From: Octopus sinensis
Taxonomy: Eukaryota
Assembly (NCBI RefSeq): GCF_006345805.1
Contig: NC_043000.1
Coordinates: 42,966,001-43,030,000 of the forward strand
Length of the DNA: 64,000 nt
Direction of reading: 5' to 3'
The notes below the pieces were generated by a model. It had not been told where the DNA came from. It did not search any database and saw only the letters and a program-made list of their open reading frames with translations. The first letter of the stretch is position 1. Every line of letters begins with the position of its first letter. A program made the position numbers and the translations under genes. Positions 41,338 through 55,038 of this stretch are shown one piece after another.

Positions 41338-41427
41338 CTGTACAAGATTTGCAAAATCCTCAGCTTTTGATGCCAGCTCAGATAATGTTTCATTTTCATG
41401 TTTTAACATGTCATTTTCAATAGTCAG
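41338..41427 (-). CDS. GMNN: Geminin-like, coding exon 4: LTIENDMLKHENETLSELASKAEDFANLVQ
   Basis: Acceptor ttttcttttttag, donor CAG|gtaaaa, 90 nt, phase 0-0; coiled-coil end. Confidence 0.88.
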
Positions 41428-41520
41428 CTAAAAAGAAAAATGTAAAACATGTATATATATATAGATATATATTTTGATTTATCAATACATTAAAGGATGA
41501 AAAAAACGATTGATACGTAC

Positions 41521-41562
41521 TTCCTCAACTTTGGCCTTTAATTGTTTGTTTTCCTCATGTAA
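41521..41562 (-). CDS. GMNN: Geminin-like, coding exon 3: LHEENKQLKAKVEE
   Basis: Acceptor ttttttttag, donor GAA|gtacgt, 42 nt, phase 0-0; matches geminin ENEKLHKEIE. Confidence 0.85.
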
Positions 41563-43144
41563 CTAAAAAAAAGAAAAATTAAGAAAAAAAAAGGAGTTTA
41601 GCTCACCACTGAACAAATGTGTCATCACATGAACTGATAAAACTTCACAAGAATAAAGCAATCCACATATATATCACTTCATGCAGAAGCCAACAGAGAC
41701 AGTCTCAAAGAAACCTGATGAATGACATACCATACACCGAACCCAACTAATCTTCAAAAACAGACACAAACTTGACTATATCTCTAATGAGGAGATTATT
41801 TCAATTGGTTTTCAATATACCTTGGAAAGGTATAGCAAAATATCAAATTTTACATTTTGGTAATGACCAGCTGCAATTATTTAAGTTACAAGATTTTCAA
41901 TTATAAACACAATAGTACAAGGGGATGTGTATTTAAATCAGTTACAATGAAAATTATGATGTGGTTGAACTTAAAGAGTTGGCAATATTTTAAACGGTGA
42001 TATGTGAACTTGGCACACCAAATCAACAGTAAAAGGTTGGTATGTTATGGGGTGGCTGATACCAAAGTTGAAGTAGATAAAGACAACACTTTTGTTAGGA
42101 TGGAAAGAGATGAAACGAAAAAGGCTTTAACACTGTGAGACCATTAGGAAGAGTGTATCAAGTAACTTAAATGCTAGATAAAACAAATGACAAGAACAGA
42201 ATATGTTTCCCATGAAATTTAATTCAATTAAGCAAGCAATTAGTAAAGTCTGACTTTCTAGAAACTTCAGTGAGATTTTTTTTTAAAGTACAGCAATACA
42301 GAATTTTTGTGTAAGAAAAACATACTTAAGAGACTGGAAGAAAATGTTAAGAAAAATGGGAAAGAACACATGATAATGCATTTTGGTAAGCTGCTACAAA
42401 AGTGCATGCCACAGTTCAGTTCAAAAGTTCTTTGACATAGGCAGGAGGATATACTAGCACAGAAAAATTTCTCCCAGGCTTTTATGATTGGTACCGAGAG
42501 AGGTCTGTAGCAGAAAGGCTACAAACATTACTATTTATAGGGAAACATAGGATCACAGCTACTTGTGGTTTTTTTAGTTGCAAAAAGCATGGTTAAATCT
42601 GGAAGAATGCTTTCAGATGTTATCACATACCTAAAGATCTCAACTACATTCAAGTTGCAAATTACAGTGAACATATATATCTTTATTCTGGAAGTACATA
42701 TGTCATATTGCAGATGACAAGACATTTTGTGCAAATAAAATGTGCAGCTGTGCTTATAGTTGTAGCTATGAAGTAGTGGTTATGCAACAAAAGCACTAAC
42801 AAATTATGTTCTGCATCAGCAGCCTGCAGATTTATACTGTACTCCATTATAGGAACAATTTACAGTCAGATTGAATGGAGCAGAAGAAATTAAAGTGGCT
42901 GGATCTTTGACAGAACAGTGCTGTGAACTATATACAAATTGAGCATTTCAATTTCTCCAGCTTTCATTTGAGAAGATATTACAAAATGAAGCATACAGAG
43001 CTAACGATAGCCACCAGGCACTGAAAGCAAGATTTTGTTTTTATTCCAACTGTTCATTTTAATGTATTTGGAATCAGAAATAAACCCCTTCCATCCTAAT
43101 TTTACGCAAGACTTTGTTGACTTACAATCTAAACATCAAATTAA

Positions 43145-43389
43145 CCCTTTTGATATCAATTTAGAACTACTCATTTACAAGTTAGGCTTTTCCATCATAA
43201 TTTTAGCCAAGAATCATTTGTAATGTTTTAAACAACACCTAAATTAATATTCTATTAAATCTTTCTGCATTCTCTATTTTCAAAACTAAGTGAAATATTA
43301 GATGATGCCCTTCGTTGAGAATGGTCACAGATCAGCTAATAATGCAGTAAATTACTTTTCAAAATTTGATCAGGATTATGTTAAAAGGG
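43145..43389. mobile_element. piggyBac-type MITE
   Basis: TTAA|CCCTTTT...AAAAGGG|TTAA termini. Similar elements at 47668-47887 and 50611-51038 have one degenerate TTAA. Confidence 0.7.
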
Positions 43390-45414
43390 TTAAACTGAAG
43401 CATCTATATTTAAAGATATCAGAAAAACTTGCCTTGGACATTGAATGTCACATTTTCTTTGTAAACAGACATTGATACATTTATTTGAATAGACCAAATC
43501 AACAACAAACTATTTGGCAAGGAGATTGAACAACACATCAAATCAAGACAAATAATGTTTGCCAACTTGCAAGACTTTAGCTGTAAAATTTTACACTATA
43601 CCAAATTCACTTTGCATTAGCTGAAATACTTACTCAGGCAGCAACCTGAATATTTTCATAATATCACTATAGACAATTGTTCATTTACAAGCCCAGCAAT
43701 GTTCAGTAAAATCTTGTTTTGCCATCCCTTTTCACTGCCCTAGGTCATTACCAAACAATATATCAATCTGGTTTTGAACTTCAGGTGATGAACTGCTCAC
43801 AACGGCAATAATTCTAAAATCTTACTCATGTCATTGTTTCACCTCTAAGTTTGATTGCTGCAATTAACCAGATTAAATACAAGTTAGACTTGAGTGCTAT
43901 TCAGAATTCAATCATTAGTGGCAGAAAAGATGCCCAGCATACTAAAAATACTATCTAACCTAGCCTAGAGAAACATATGCACATACATGGTGATGTTATT
44001 AGAACCACAAGGGTTAGACAAAGAGGTGACAATACAAGGGACACATGGGGTGAGGGACTTATTGAATGTTCTGAATATATAATTACGAAAGAAGGTGAAA
44101 TAAAAAAATGAATGGATGGGAATGGATTTGACCCACCAACCACATTCCTGCATTGCACTGCTTATTTTCAGTACTGTATTTAAGAGATGAGGAATTATGT
44201 ACATTAGACAGATATTTGTCCTCATCTTGTTTGTTGTTAACACATTTCAGCTGATATACCCTCCAGCTTTCTTCAGTCTTGGGGAAAATTTCAAACCTGA
44301 GTTCTCATTCCTAAGGTAGTTTTCGATATTATTATTATTATTATTATTATTAAGGTCACTGCTTGGAATCAAACTCAGAATCTTTAGGTTAGTAGCCACG
44401 CTCTTAACCACTACGCCAGTTGCCCGTGGGCATATGATAGCATTCATCATCATCATCGTTTAATGTCCGTTCTCCATGCTAGCATGGGTTGGACGGTTCG
44501 ACCGGGGATCTGGGAAGCCAGAAGGCTGCACCAGGCTCCGGTCTTATCTGGCAATGTTTCTACAGCTGGATGCCCTTCCTAACGCCAACCACTCCGTGAG
44601 TGTAGTGGGTGCTTTTTACGTGCCACCTGCACTGGTGCCAGGCGAGGCTGGCATCGGACACGGTCGAATTGGTGCATTTTACGTGCCACCTGCACGGAAG
44701 CCAGTCGAGGCGGCATTATACATCAGATTTCATTAGCAACATATCACTCAACTTGAAGCTATGGTAGAAAAACAAAACATATTTGTCAAAAGAGCTGCAA
44801 AGTAGGATCATACCAGAACCAATCAATTGCCAGATGAACTTAACCAGACATAATTCATGGATCTTATCACCTCATGACAACTGAGGTGGTGAGAATGGGT
44901 GAAATATTTACCAGTGTTTCTAAATGTGCTAGAAGATTTGATTCTAAGAGGGTGTAGGCATTAGGTTTAAGGTTTATAAAACTGTAAGGAGACAAAAGAT
45001 AAGACATAAATAATCAAAGCAAGCATTTAAAAATAATATAGTCTCTTTGAAGAAAAGGAAAGAAATACTTTCAACAGCAATAGTAAAATGCTGCAATACC
45101 TTTTAATATGAAGCCATTTAACCAAAGACTAGTCAGGTTCCAACACCATTTCAATAATGCATAACAATGAATGTAACAAAGAAAAAGCATGAGAGATGAG
45201 ACAGAGCTTGAAAAGAGAGTGTGGAAGACAAGGGAAGTGAAAATGAAAGACACTATTAGTGAAGAAGGAGAGAAAAGAAGATGAGATGATTAAACTTGGC
45301 AAATGGATCCCTAAAGGTTGATAGACTAATAATGAAAGAAAGAATATTTTGTAATGTCAAATTATATTTAGTATCAAATTTGTTATCAAAGAGAAAAAAC
45401 AGATGTATCCATAC

Positions 45415-45497
45415 TGCTTTATTTTCGTCTAAAGTTTCAGCAAGGGCTTGCCGTTGTTGTTCAGAGTAATCTTTCCAGTATGTTTCAGAAATATTTG
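45415..45497 (-). CDS. GMNN: Geminin-like, coding exon 2: (T)NISETYWKDYSEQQRQALAETLDENKA
   Basis: Acceptor ttttttttcag, donor GCA|gtatgg, 83 nt, phase 1-0; aligns to the geminin signature [20 protein letters not shown]. Confidence 0.9.
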
Positions 45498-46465
45498 CTG
45501 AAAAAAAATATTGTCATCATTATTACACAAAAGAAAAAAAAAAAAAAAGGCAATACAGAACAACTGAAAGCCAACGAAGCAGCCTGACCTACACTGCTTA
45601 ACTTGGTAGAGATAACAGTCAAATTTTCCTAAAAATCCGTTAAATCATTGGCTGTGTGGTAAGTAGCTTGCTTACCAACCACTTGGTTCTGGGTTCAGTC
45701 CCACTGCATGGCACCTTGGGCAAGTGTCATACAATAGCCCCAGGCCCATCAAAGCCTTATGAGTGGATTTGGTAGAAAGTGAAAGAAGCCCATTGTATAA
45801 GTGTGTGTGTGTGTGTGTGTATGTGTGTGCTTGTCTGCTCCTTCCACAGCTTGACAACCAGTGGTTTGTTAATGTTCCGGTAACTTTACAGTTCAGCAAA
45901 AGAGACCGAAAGAATAAGAACTGGGGTCAATTTCTTTGGCTAAAGCTTTTCAAGGCATTGCCCCACGCAGCAGTCCAGTGACTGAAGCAAATGAAGATAC
46001 ACAGCTTGACAAAGATTCAGAAGTAATGTTTGAATAAAAAAAAAAACAGTATAATCACTGCTGGAACAGCAGTTCAACAACTGACAGAGTATAAGCCCCT
46101 AATGAAATAGAACAGAACTCTTAATTCAGTGAATTCAATTCTAAGGTGATATGGTAACTAAATTTTTATCCACCTCCACTTAAAGTCAGCAAAATTTGTA
46201 AATCTATTTTGATACTTAAAACTGAGATCAAAGCATTCTATTGCTAAAAATTCTACTTCATGAATCAAAGGTTGAAGAATACCTAAGTAAGGAAACCACG
46301 AAAGGGTGAAAGCTGTTTCAACTCCCACCCACCTCCATTCACGACTTCAACTTCAAAAGTTTATCTAGAGTCAAAGGTACACTTAATATTAAAATCCAAG
46401 AATGTAGTAAGATGGCAGAATCATTAGCGAGTTGAATGAAATGCTTTTGGGCGTTGATAATTCAT

Positions 46466-46963
46466 TCATTGTTCGACCGTGGTACAGACAATGGAATTTA
46501 CTATGTTACGCCAGACTTCACGGTCCATCATAGCATTACGGAGGTCCTGTTGCTGGATGCCTGTATCCCTGGAGATTACATCTGGGTAGGAGAGTGTGCG
46601 CCCTCTGGTATCATGAGCAGATGGCTTCCAGAGGAGAAGAGTAGAAATTTCCTCGTTTTCAGCTCTACAACAATGTCCAGCAAACTGGACTCTTCTAACT
46701 TTCACGAGAGATGATACAGGTGGTAATTTCCCATATATTTGTACTTTGGTTGGATGACGCTTCCACGAGATATTTTGAGCCCTCATAAGGAGGCAAGTGT
46801 AAGTTCTATCCAACTGCCTCTCAAGCTTCTTTGATAACGTCCAGGTTTCTGAGCCACCTAGTAGAATTGGTTCGACTGTGGCTTTGAAGATTTTAAATTT
46901 GAAATCTCTACTTAGTTTTGATGACCAGATCTTATGCATATCATTACAGGCTGACCAGGCCAT
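46466..46963 (-). mobile_element. RTE-like LINE C-terminal fragment (different family from 34.9 kb)
   Basis: ORF AWSACNDMHKIWSS...KIFKATVEPILLGGSETWTL...RRVQFAGHC.R....DR..WR. Confidence 0.85.
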
Positions 46964-48529
46964 ACCCTGTCTAGCGTTGATAAAGTACTAGATAGGCACT
47001 GGCATCGATGTAATTGACTAGTGCCCTCTCCCAAAATTTCAAGAAACAAAAAAAACAAAAAACAAAGCAACCCAATGAGTGCAATCTGATTTAATGAGGA
47101 CCCTAATTCTAATCTATGACAACACATAGATGGGTGTTCAAATTCCTGAAGAAGATTACAAAAAGAATAAAAATCAGTTGAAATGATCCCTTGTCTAATG
47201 TATTGAGTTTAGTTTACACATATGCAATGCTGGTTGAAAAACTGACTTCCTCTAAATTTACATGATCGCATCAAAACATTTCATAAATCAAAGTTATCAA
47301 TTAAATACTAAAGATGAGTAGTTAAGATTATATATAATTTCATAACTATTAACCTTATCTTTAGAGATAAATATTTAGCGCTATATCACGTTTCAATCAA
47401 TTCCATCTGTAAACTTCAATAATCATCCTTATCCTGAATGCATACACAGTACCAGACAAATTCAAACACCCACTCACCCACCACCACCCTCATACAACAA
47501 ACTAAATTAGCATTCTTATATCCAAGTATATAAGTTGGTAGCCTAGTAGATAAAGTAATATTTCCAAGAGGTTTATTTGAATTCAAATGACTTTTTTTTT
47601 TTTGTTGTTGTTGGTAGTAGTTTTTGCCCAACTCTCATTAACCATGACTGTTCAGACTTTTGATTAACCCTTTTGTTACTGTATTTATTTTGAGATGCTC
47701 TGTGTTCCTCTCAATTATTTTAAATATAACAAAGAATTTAGTAAAATAACTTAGTCATCACTAAGCTAGTGTTAGTAACATAAATTGAGACTAAGGTTTG
47801 GCAGAAAATTTTAATTCAAAACTTATAAAAACAAGACATTTGTACTCAGAGCCAGGGCCGGTTTCAGCTGAGTTGGTAACGAAAGGGTTGAAGACATTCC
47901 AGCTATAAGCATCCTATCTTTTTCTACTACATACACAGGCAACCAATTTGTCCAATGTTGTGGGCTCATAGGTGCTGATGCCATGTAAACACACCCAGTA
48001 CACTATGTAAAGTGATTGGCATTAGGAAGGGCATCCAGCTGTTGAAACCATGCCAAAGACAGGAAGCCTGGGAAGCTCCTGTCAAACTGTTCAACCAATG
48101 TCAGCATGGAAAACGGACGTTAAATGAGGTTTTCTAAAGCTGTGGGAAATAATTTATGGGAGGTTTGACAGCTATTTCTATTAAGCAACCACACAGAAGA
48201 TCCCACATTCGCTGCTATACACCACTTGAAAATCACAATCCTATTTGTTCATCATACCGCCTCAAGAAGTCGTGACCAACATGTGCCAGCATGGAAAAAG
48301 ACATGCATAAACACATCTAACCAGTTTCAGTCGCTACCATCTATTTTCACTCAAGATAGACTGATGGCATCAATCACTCGCCAAAGATGCTGGACACTGC
48401 GATCAAACTTGAAACCATGCAGTTGCAAAAATCTTAATCATATTAAGAAAGTTCTTTTAAACTAAAGATAAAACAGCAGATCGAATTATCTCCAATCAAT
48501 ACTGCAAATATTGTAAGAAATAAACACTT

Positions 48530-48756
48530 TTCACTCTTACTTGTTTTAGTAGTTTGACTGTGGCCATGCTGGAGCACCACCTTTTAGTCGAGCAAATCGA
48601 CCCCAGGACTTATTCTTTGTAAGCCTAGTACTTATTCTTTCGGACTCTTTTGCCGAATCGCTAATTTACGGGGACGTAAACACACCAGTATTGGTTGTCA
48701 AGCGATGTTGGGGGGGGACAAACACAGACAAGCAAACAGACACACCCACATATATA

Positions 48757-48852
<96 letters not shown>

Positions 48853-49340
48853 CATACATATATACAACGGGCTTTTTTCAGTTTCCCTCTACCAAATCCA
48901 CTCACAAGGCTTTGGTCGGCCTGAAACTATAGTAGAAGACACTTGCTCAAGGTGCCACACAGTGGAACTGAACCCAGAACCATGTGGTTGGTAAGCAAGC
49001 TACTTACCACACAGCCACTCCTACGCCTATGTAAAAAAAAAATTAAGATCATAAGGAAAAGAAAGCATGGCTGTGTGGTAAGAAGCTTGCTCCCCAAACA
49101 CAGGGTTACAAGGTCAGTCCCACTATGTGACACCTTGGGCAAGTGTTTTGTAAAGTAGTCTCGAGCTAACAGAAGCTTTATGAATGGATTTACTAGAAAC
49201 AGATTGATAGAAATGTGTATGTGTTTTGTGTGCATATATATGTACACACATATGTATGTATCTGTATCTCCATTGATTGACAACTGGTATTGGTTGGTGT
49301 GTTTACATCCTCGTAACTTAGCGCTTTGGTAAAAGACCCC
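48530..49340. mobile_element. Head-to-head pair of family A SINEs (48530-49028 minus; about 49066-49340 plus)
   Basis: cttaccacacagccac... is followed about 40 nt later by ...ggctgtgtggtaag. Confidence 0.8.
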
Positions 49341-49435
49341 AACTGAAACAAAAGTATATATAGCCAGAAAATCCACATAGAAACTAAAATAAAAATAAAA
49401 GTGCAATGAAGAGGAGCTGAAGGAAATATAATTAC

Positions 49436-49628
49436 TTTCACACATTAATTCATTAGCCTCCATTTCTGTGCTCTCTATGTTGGAGGTCTGCACAGGCCTT
49501 CTCTCATTTTCTGTTGCCTTCCCTTCTGGTTTCGGTGAGTTTAGGTTCAGCTTTGAGTCTTGCAAAACAAGTGTTCTCTGTGTGGAATCAACCAACTTCT
49601 TCGATTTTCCTGACTGTTTCACCACCAT
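49436..49628 (-). CDS. GMNN: Geminin-like, coding exon 1 (putative ATG at 49628): MVVKQSGKSKKLVDSTQRTLVLQD...EANELMCE
   Basis: Acceptor ttttcttttgtaag about 32 nt upstream, with an in-frame TAA before the ATG. Donor GAAA|gtaatt; phase 1 matches exon 2. EANELM corresponds to geminin ESFDLM before the YWK motif. The start site is uncertain. Confidence 0.75.
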
Positions 49629-51290
49629 AATAGAAATAAACAGTTAATTTTTAGAATAAACTTACAAAAGAAAAAGCAAAACTATTTTATAAATAATAGA
49701 TAACATTTTCATTAAAATATTGTGATATTGGTTATTTGTATTATGAAAGTTCAAGCATTTGATAAACATTTTTCCAATTAATACGATTCAAAAATTTATC
49801 TCTTAAAAAGGAAAAAGTTTTCAAAAAGTATAACTATATCAAGTTAGAAAATTTAACTTTTTTTTCTCTTTTAGAGATTATTTGCTAATTTACTAACAAA
49901 CTATATTAAAAATTAAAATCTCCCGGCATCAAAATAAAACTGCAGATATTGACTTTTAAGATTGTCCGCAAAGCTGGTTTTCACTAAGTGGAATATATAG
50001 TTGTTTGAATCCTTGCCAATTGCAAAGGAAATTAACGGCTGGAACCCAAAAGGGTAAAAGCAAAATGCTGATAGGGATTACAGCCATAATTAAATTAAAC
50101 ATTACAAAGCACTTTGCACAGTGTTTAAAAACTGACTGAATCACCACCTAAGTATAACCAACTTACAACCAAGATGTTCACTCAACTTATAAAGAAATAG
50201 CTGTTCCAAATCTCTTCTAAATCACACCACTTATTACACGAGATTGCTGTAATTTGAATGTAAGTCATAGGTCAACTCATTTAGAGTAGCCAGTTTATTT
50301 TCTCCCGCCAAAATGAAAGACCACAAAAGTGAAACATTAAACTCATGTAAACTATAGTAGTCACTGTTTAACCACAAGACAATACTGAGCAAGCAGATCA
50401 ATGATCTAAAGCACTTCAGTCAAAAACTCCCTGGGGTTCTTAAGGCTATTGTAAAGTACAGCACCTGGTATATCTCGTGTGGTTTTAATGAAAATTTGGC
50501 TAGTATTCTAGGGGATTGACCAAACATCCAGAGGGGCTTCTTTGCTGACTTGTAATTTGCTTATTTTGATGACTCAGCAGAAACGAAACTGCCCTACACT
50601 TTTGACTTAACCCTTTAGCATTTAAACCGGCCACACCCAGCCCAAATATTCTATGTTTTATGTTCAAACCAATCAAATCTGACCTCTTACAATGCTATTC
50701 TTTAAATAAACGATCATCATCATCATCATTTAGCATCTGCTTTCCATGCTGGCATAGGTTCGACTGGAACTGGCGAGAGGGATAGCTGCACCAAGTTCCA
50801 GTCTGATTAGGTATGGTTTCTATGACTTGATGCTCTTCCTAATGCCAACCACTCCAAGAGTGTAATGGGTGCTTTTTATGTGCTACCAGAATGGCTGCAG
50901 GCCACAATCATGATTTCACCTGGCTTGATGAATCATATCTTTTAAATCACAAATACTACAAAATAAATGCATAATTAATTGAAAACAGCATGAATAAATA
51001 AGCATTGTATTTAACAAAGTAACCTGAATGCTAAAGGGTCAAGTTCCATTAAGCTCCAAGTTTTTAATTTTAATGCTACTGTAAGTCAGTTTTAGTTTTT
51101 CAACCATGCCAAATTAAGTTCAGCTAGTGTAATGAAGATAGCTTTATCAATTCTTTTACCACCAACACAAAAAGCTGGACTGTGCTTATATTTGCAACAA
51201 TACAACACATGAAAGAATAAGCAGCTCAGTACGTACAACTGAACAGTGCAGTTCAAATCACTGCTCCACATATATGTGTGTGTGTGTGTA

Positions 51291-51620
51291 GGCGCATGGC
51301 TCAGTGGTTAGAGCATCGACCTTACAATTGTGAGCTCAAATCCTGGACCGGGCTGCATGTTGTGTTCTTGAGTAAGTTTATTTCACGTTGCTCCAGTTCA
51401 CTCAGCTGCAGAAATGAGTTGCAACGTCACAGGTGCCAAGCTGTATCGGCTGTTGCCTTTCCCTTGGATAACACTGGTGGCGTGGAGAGGGGAGGCCGGT
51501 ATGCATGGGCGACTGCTGGTCTTCCATAAACAACCTTGCCCGGACTTGTGCCTGGGAGGGTAACATTCTAGGTGCAATCACATGGCCTGCGTTGTGACTG
51601 AAGGGGGTTTCAATATAAAT
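51291..51620 (+). mobile_element. tRNA-derived SINE (family D)
   Basis: GGCGCATGGCTCAGTGGTTAGAGC head with a partly deleted B-box and non-tRNA body. Confidence 0.65.
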
Positions 51621-51629
51621 ACACACACA

Positions 51630-53229
51630 CAGGGGCATAGCTAGGGTAAATGGTGCCCAGGGCAACCATCAAAATTGCTCTCCACCCCAACCAAAAAGTC
51701 GAAACTCACAGAGAAAATAACTGGTTTTAAAAAATTGCAATAAAAGATTTAATTAAAAACTGACAAAAGATTACAATTTTATCTTCCATACTCTTAACGA
51801 AGCAAACTGATCAATAATTTGTCTAAAATCCTTTTCTATCAAATTCATGACTTTCCATGCTGAGAAGGGCGAGACAATTGAGTTGTTGTTGGCTCATGGA
51901 GGTTCTCATATGCAAAAGTATTAGTTTCAGCTTGCTGAAAGACCTCCCACAGCTGGCAATTGAAACAGAAATCGTCAGCATGATTTGTATGTTGAGTCAC
52001 AAATTTGGAAAAATGCATTCATCTCCAAATTGAACAATGAATTCAGGGAGGGCTTCTGGCCTTGTAATCATTTTGGCTGTCCAAGTGGTCAGCTATATAT
52101 ATTCTACAGTTCAATATTTCTTTGAAAAGGTGCTCTCCATTAATATCAGAACTGTATATGCAAGCAAGACAGTTGCACTTCTTAAAGGTAGAGTTGTCAG
52201 AAACAGTTGCGTAGTACAGACTACGGACATCGAGAAGAAAAACCTAACAAAGTCAGTATTGTTAAGGCAAGTGAACCACTCTTCTATTTCAGTTTGAAAA
52301 CAATTAAGACCATCGTTCATTCCAACTCTTTCCTCATGGTTAGTTTAGCGTACTTAATATTTTCACCAGTGGATTGACATCTTTCTTGCCTTCTCTGAAA
52401 ATCGATATTCCATTCCTGGCACAGAGCAAAGCTGTCTTCAAGGGACTCACAAATCAAAGATTCTCCATCTTCAAAATAAATTCAAAGAGACTTGATAGCA
52501 CCAGCAGCATAGTGAAGTTCATACTAGGCTCCTGAAGTCTCTTTTGCACGTGGTCAATGCAAGACAAAGAGAGAGAGAGAGTCTTGTTCCAGAATCCCAG
52601 CAAGTTCAACAAATCATAGCAGAGCATCCAATTATAGAGATTGCAGGCATTACTCTTGGTATCAAGTCTCGGTTTCATTATCACTAATTTTTTCCGAGGA
52701 CTTGAATTAGGGTGAGATAATTCGCCACTGGTCTGACTGCAGCACTTGCACTCCATGGAACTGACAGATATTTAACTACCTAAGAGTTTCCCAGGGCAAT
52801 AGTAAATCAACAGTGATAAAGAAGTTGATCATAACCATATTGCTTTGTTTTTGGCTGCATGTAGACCTGCCAGATTGAGGGAATGATTGTCACAACTATT
52901 GAAGTTTATTAAGTTCTTTTTCTGATTCTTTGTTGAACCCCACTTTGGTGCCAGCCATAGCATTGTGATCAGCAGTCCCGTAGAGTGCAAATCTTTACAG
53001 AAAAGGGATTATATTGTTAGAAAAACAGAACAAAATAACTGCGTAGCACACAAAAGTGCATATTCATTTGTGAGGTCAGTAAGAACACCTATTCTGTCTA
53101 GTGGCATGGATGGCAAAATCTGAAAAGGTTTTAAAATGTTTTTAATGGCTTAATTAGAAAATGATCTTGGTCAAAATTGTATCCCACTCAGAGTGGCACC
53201 CTGCTTGCCCCATCCTAGCTATGCTCCTG
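51630..53229 (-). mobile_element. hAT DNA transposon with both TIRs and decayed, internally deleted transposase
   Basis: TIRs CAGGGGCATAGCTAGG / CCTAGCTATGCTCCTG. Minus-strand peptides DHNAMAGTKVG...CDNHSLNL (catalytic and CxxH region) and FPNL*..QIMLTISVSIASCGRSFSKLKLI...RTSMSQQQLNCLALLSME (hAT dimerisation domain). No clean 8-bp TSD. Confidence 0.85.
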
Positions 53230-55038
53230 TATATGGGTGCGTGTTCCTGAAAGAAGAATCAAATCAAGTAGGTTCATTAACCCTTGATAAAACAAGCTTA
53301 TAAAGTAGAGCCCTATATAACCCAAACAGAAGTTATACCCAAATATACTTACTGTATTTGATGATTTACAAGGCATAATAATTACCTCTGAATAACAGTT
53401 CCAGAAAAAGCAACCCGCCTTACAAACACACAGCTACGGTTTGAATAAGTTGTATATAGTGGTTCAAGAAAAAAGATCTGAACTTTTTAGTAAGTCATAA
53501 GATGATAGATCATTAGGTCTCACACTGACGACATACAAAGTAAAGCTACAAGAAAATGCATAAGATCAGAAATTCTTTCAGACTCAGATTCAGCAGCTGC
53601 TAAAGAACGAGAAAACTTAATGGTTTAATAAAACTAGGTATTCTTTCCCTCTTTAACCATCAGAGTCCTCATATGCAATTTGGACATTTAAAAAAATTTT
53701 TGAATTTGGCTGGTCCAATGCAATATCTTCTAAGTTGGTCATTAAAGGATTAAGACCTTCAAAGTGACCACCATATTATTGTTTACTTTACATCAGCCCT
53801 ATGACAACTGTCTTTTTCACAGGAATCATATATACAGACTGCAAAATCCAATGCGACATTAAGATAGTAGGGTGATTTGGATGAGATTTACCTGTTTCAG
53901 TAACCTAGTATAAGCTCTCTCATTGGCTCACTTGCAGATTACAGATCAGATTAACCTATGACAAGTAAGCAATGTGGACATCTGATATCAAAATGTATGG
54001 GGGGTTTCACTTGTTATATTATGTAACTGTATTACAACAGGAGATTGAATACATTTTTCTAACTAAACAAAACAGCCCTGCAGTTGAAGGGAGAGGTAAG
54101 GAACAGTGAACATGGAAAAATTTGGCTCCAACATACATGTGATAGCAGCCAGTTATCCACTTACAAGAAATACTTCATGATGCAGTTCTAGACAAACTAC
54201 ATCTGTAAAACAAAATGGTGTTTAGATTCAGATCAGTTCTCATCAAGGACTTAAAGGCATTCCAGCCATGACCATCCTGTCTTTCCCCTGAGAACAGGCA
54301 ATCCAGGACCACATTATCCAAAGTCTCCTTTTGTACAAAAGATGCGATTTGCAAGAGATTTAGCTACTATTTCTGTTAAATCAAGCAGCTGCATACTGAC
54401 TTCTCATTAAATCAAGGCTAGTAACAAGTGGTGGATGGGTGAATGAACAGAACACTTGACAAAATGTCTTACATTGCTATTACATGCCTTTGTTTTAATT
54501 TCAAATTGCAGAAGTCCATTTCAAACCTTTATTTTTCCAGAGTTGATAAAATAGGTATCAAAGGTGGTTTAATACTCTGTTCCCATGTTAAAAATCATAA
54601 GTTAATGATTGGCTAAAAAAAAAACAACAACATGCTAAGCATGAGATTTCAGAATTGGAGATTCAAGATTCAAATGAAAATGTTTATTCAACTGAAGTAT
54701 TTGCAATAGGTTAGCTAGATTCATTTTCCTTAATGTTAATTTAAGCATGTTAATATTAAATTAAAACAAGGCCATGATGAAACATTGCAACAGAGTTAGA
54801 CTGAGGAAAATATCAAGCAGAGATCAACAAAAGACTAATGATAGCCTGAAGTGAACATGTTATGCAGCTAGTTGAAGCTTCAAGGGCAATAATTGCATTA
54901 AAATAAAAAAAAAAAAAACCCAAACACCAGTTACCCTATAATTCTTATTCTCAGAACTGTGCAAGGAATTATTAACATTATAAAGAGGTTTGTGACAAAA
55001 ACAATCTGTGTTAATTGTGTTACATCCATAACTTACAA

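Noticed and set aside
48927-49435. The 233-aa ORF 48927-49628 as a single-exon gene
   Set aside because: Only the first 193 nt are geminin-like; a donor follows and the rest runs through intron and SINE sequence.
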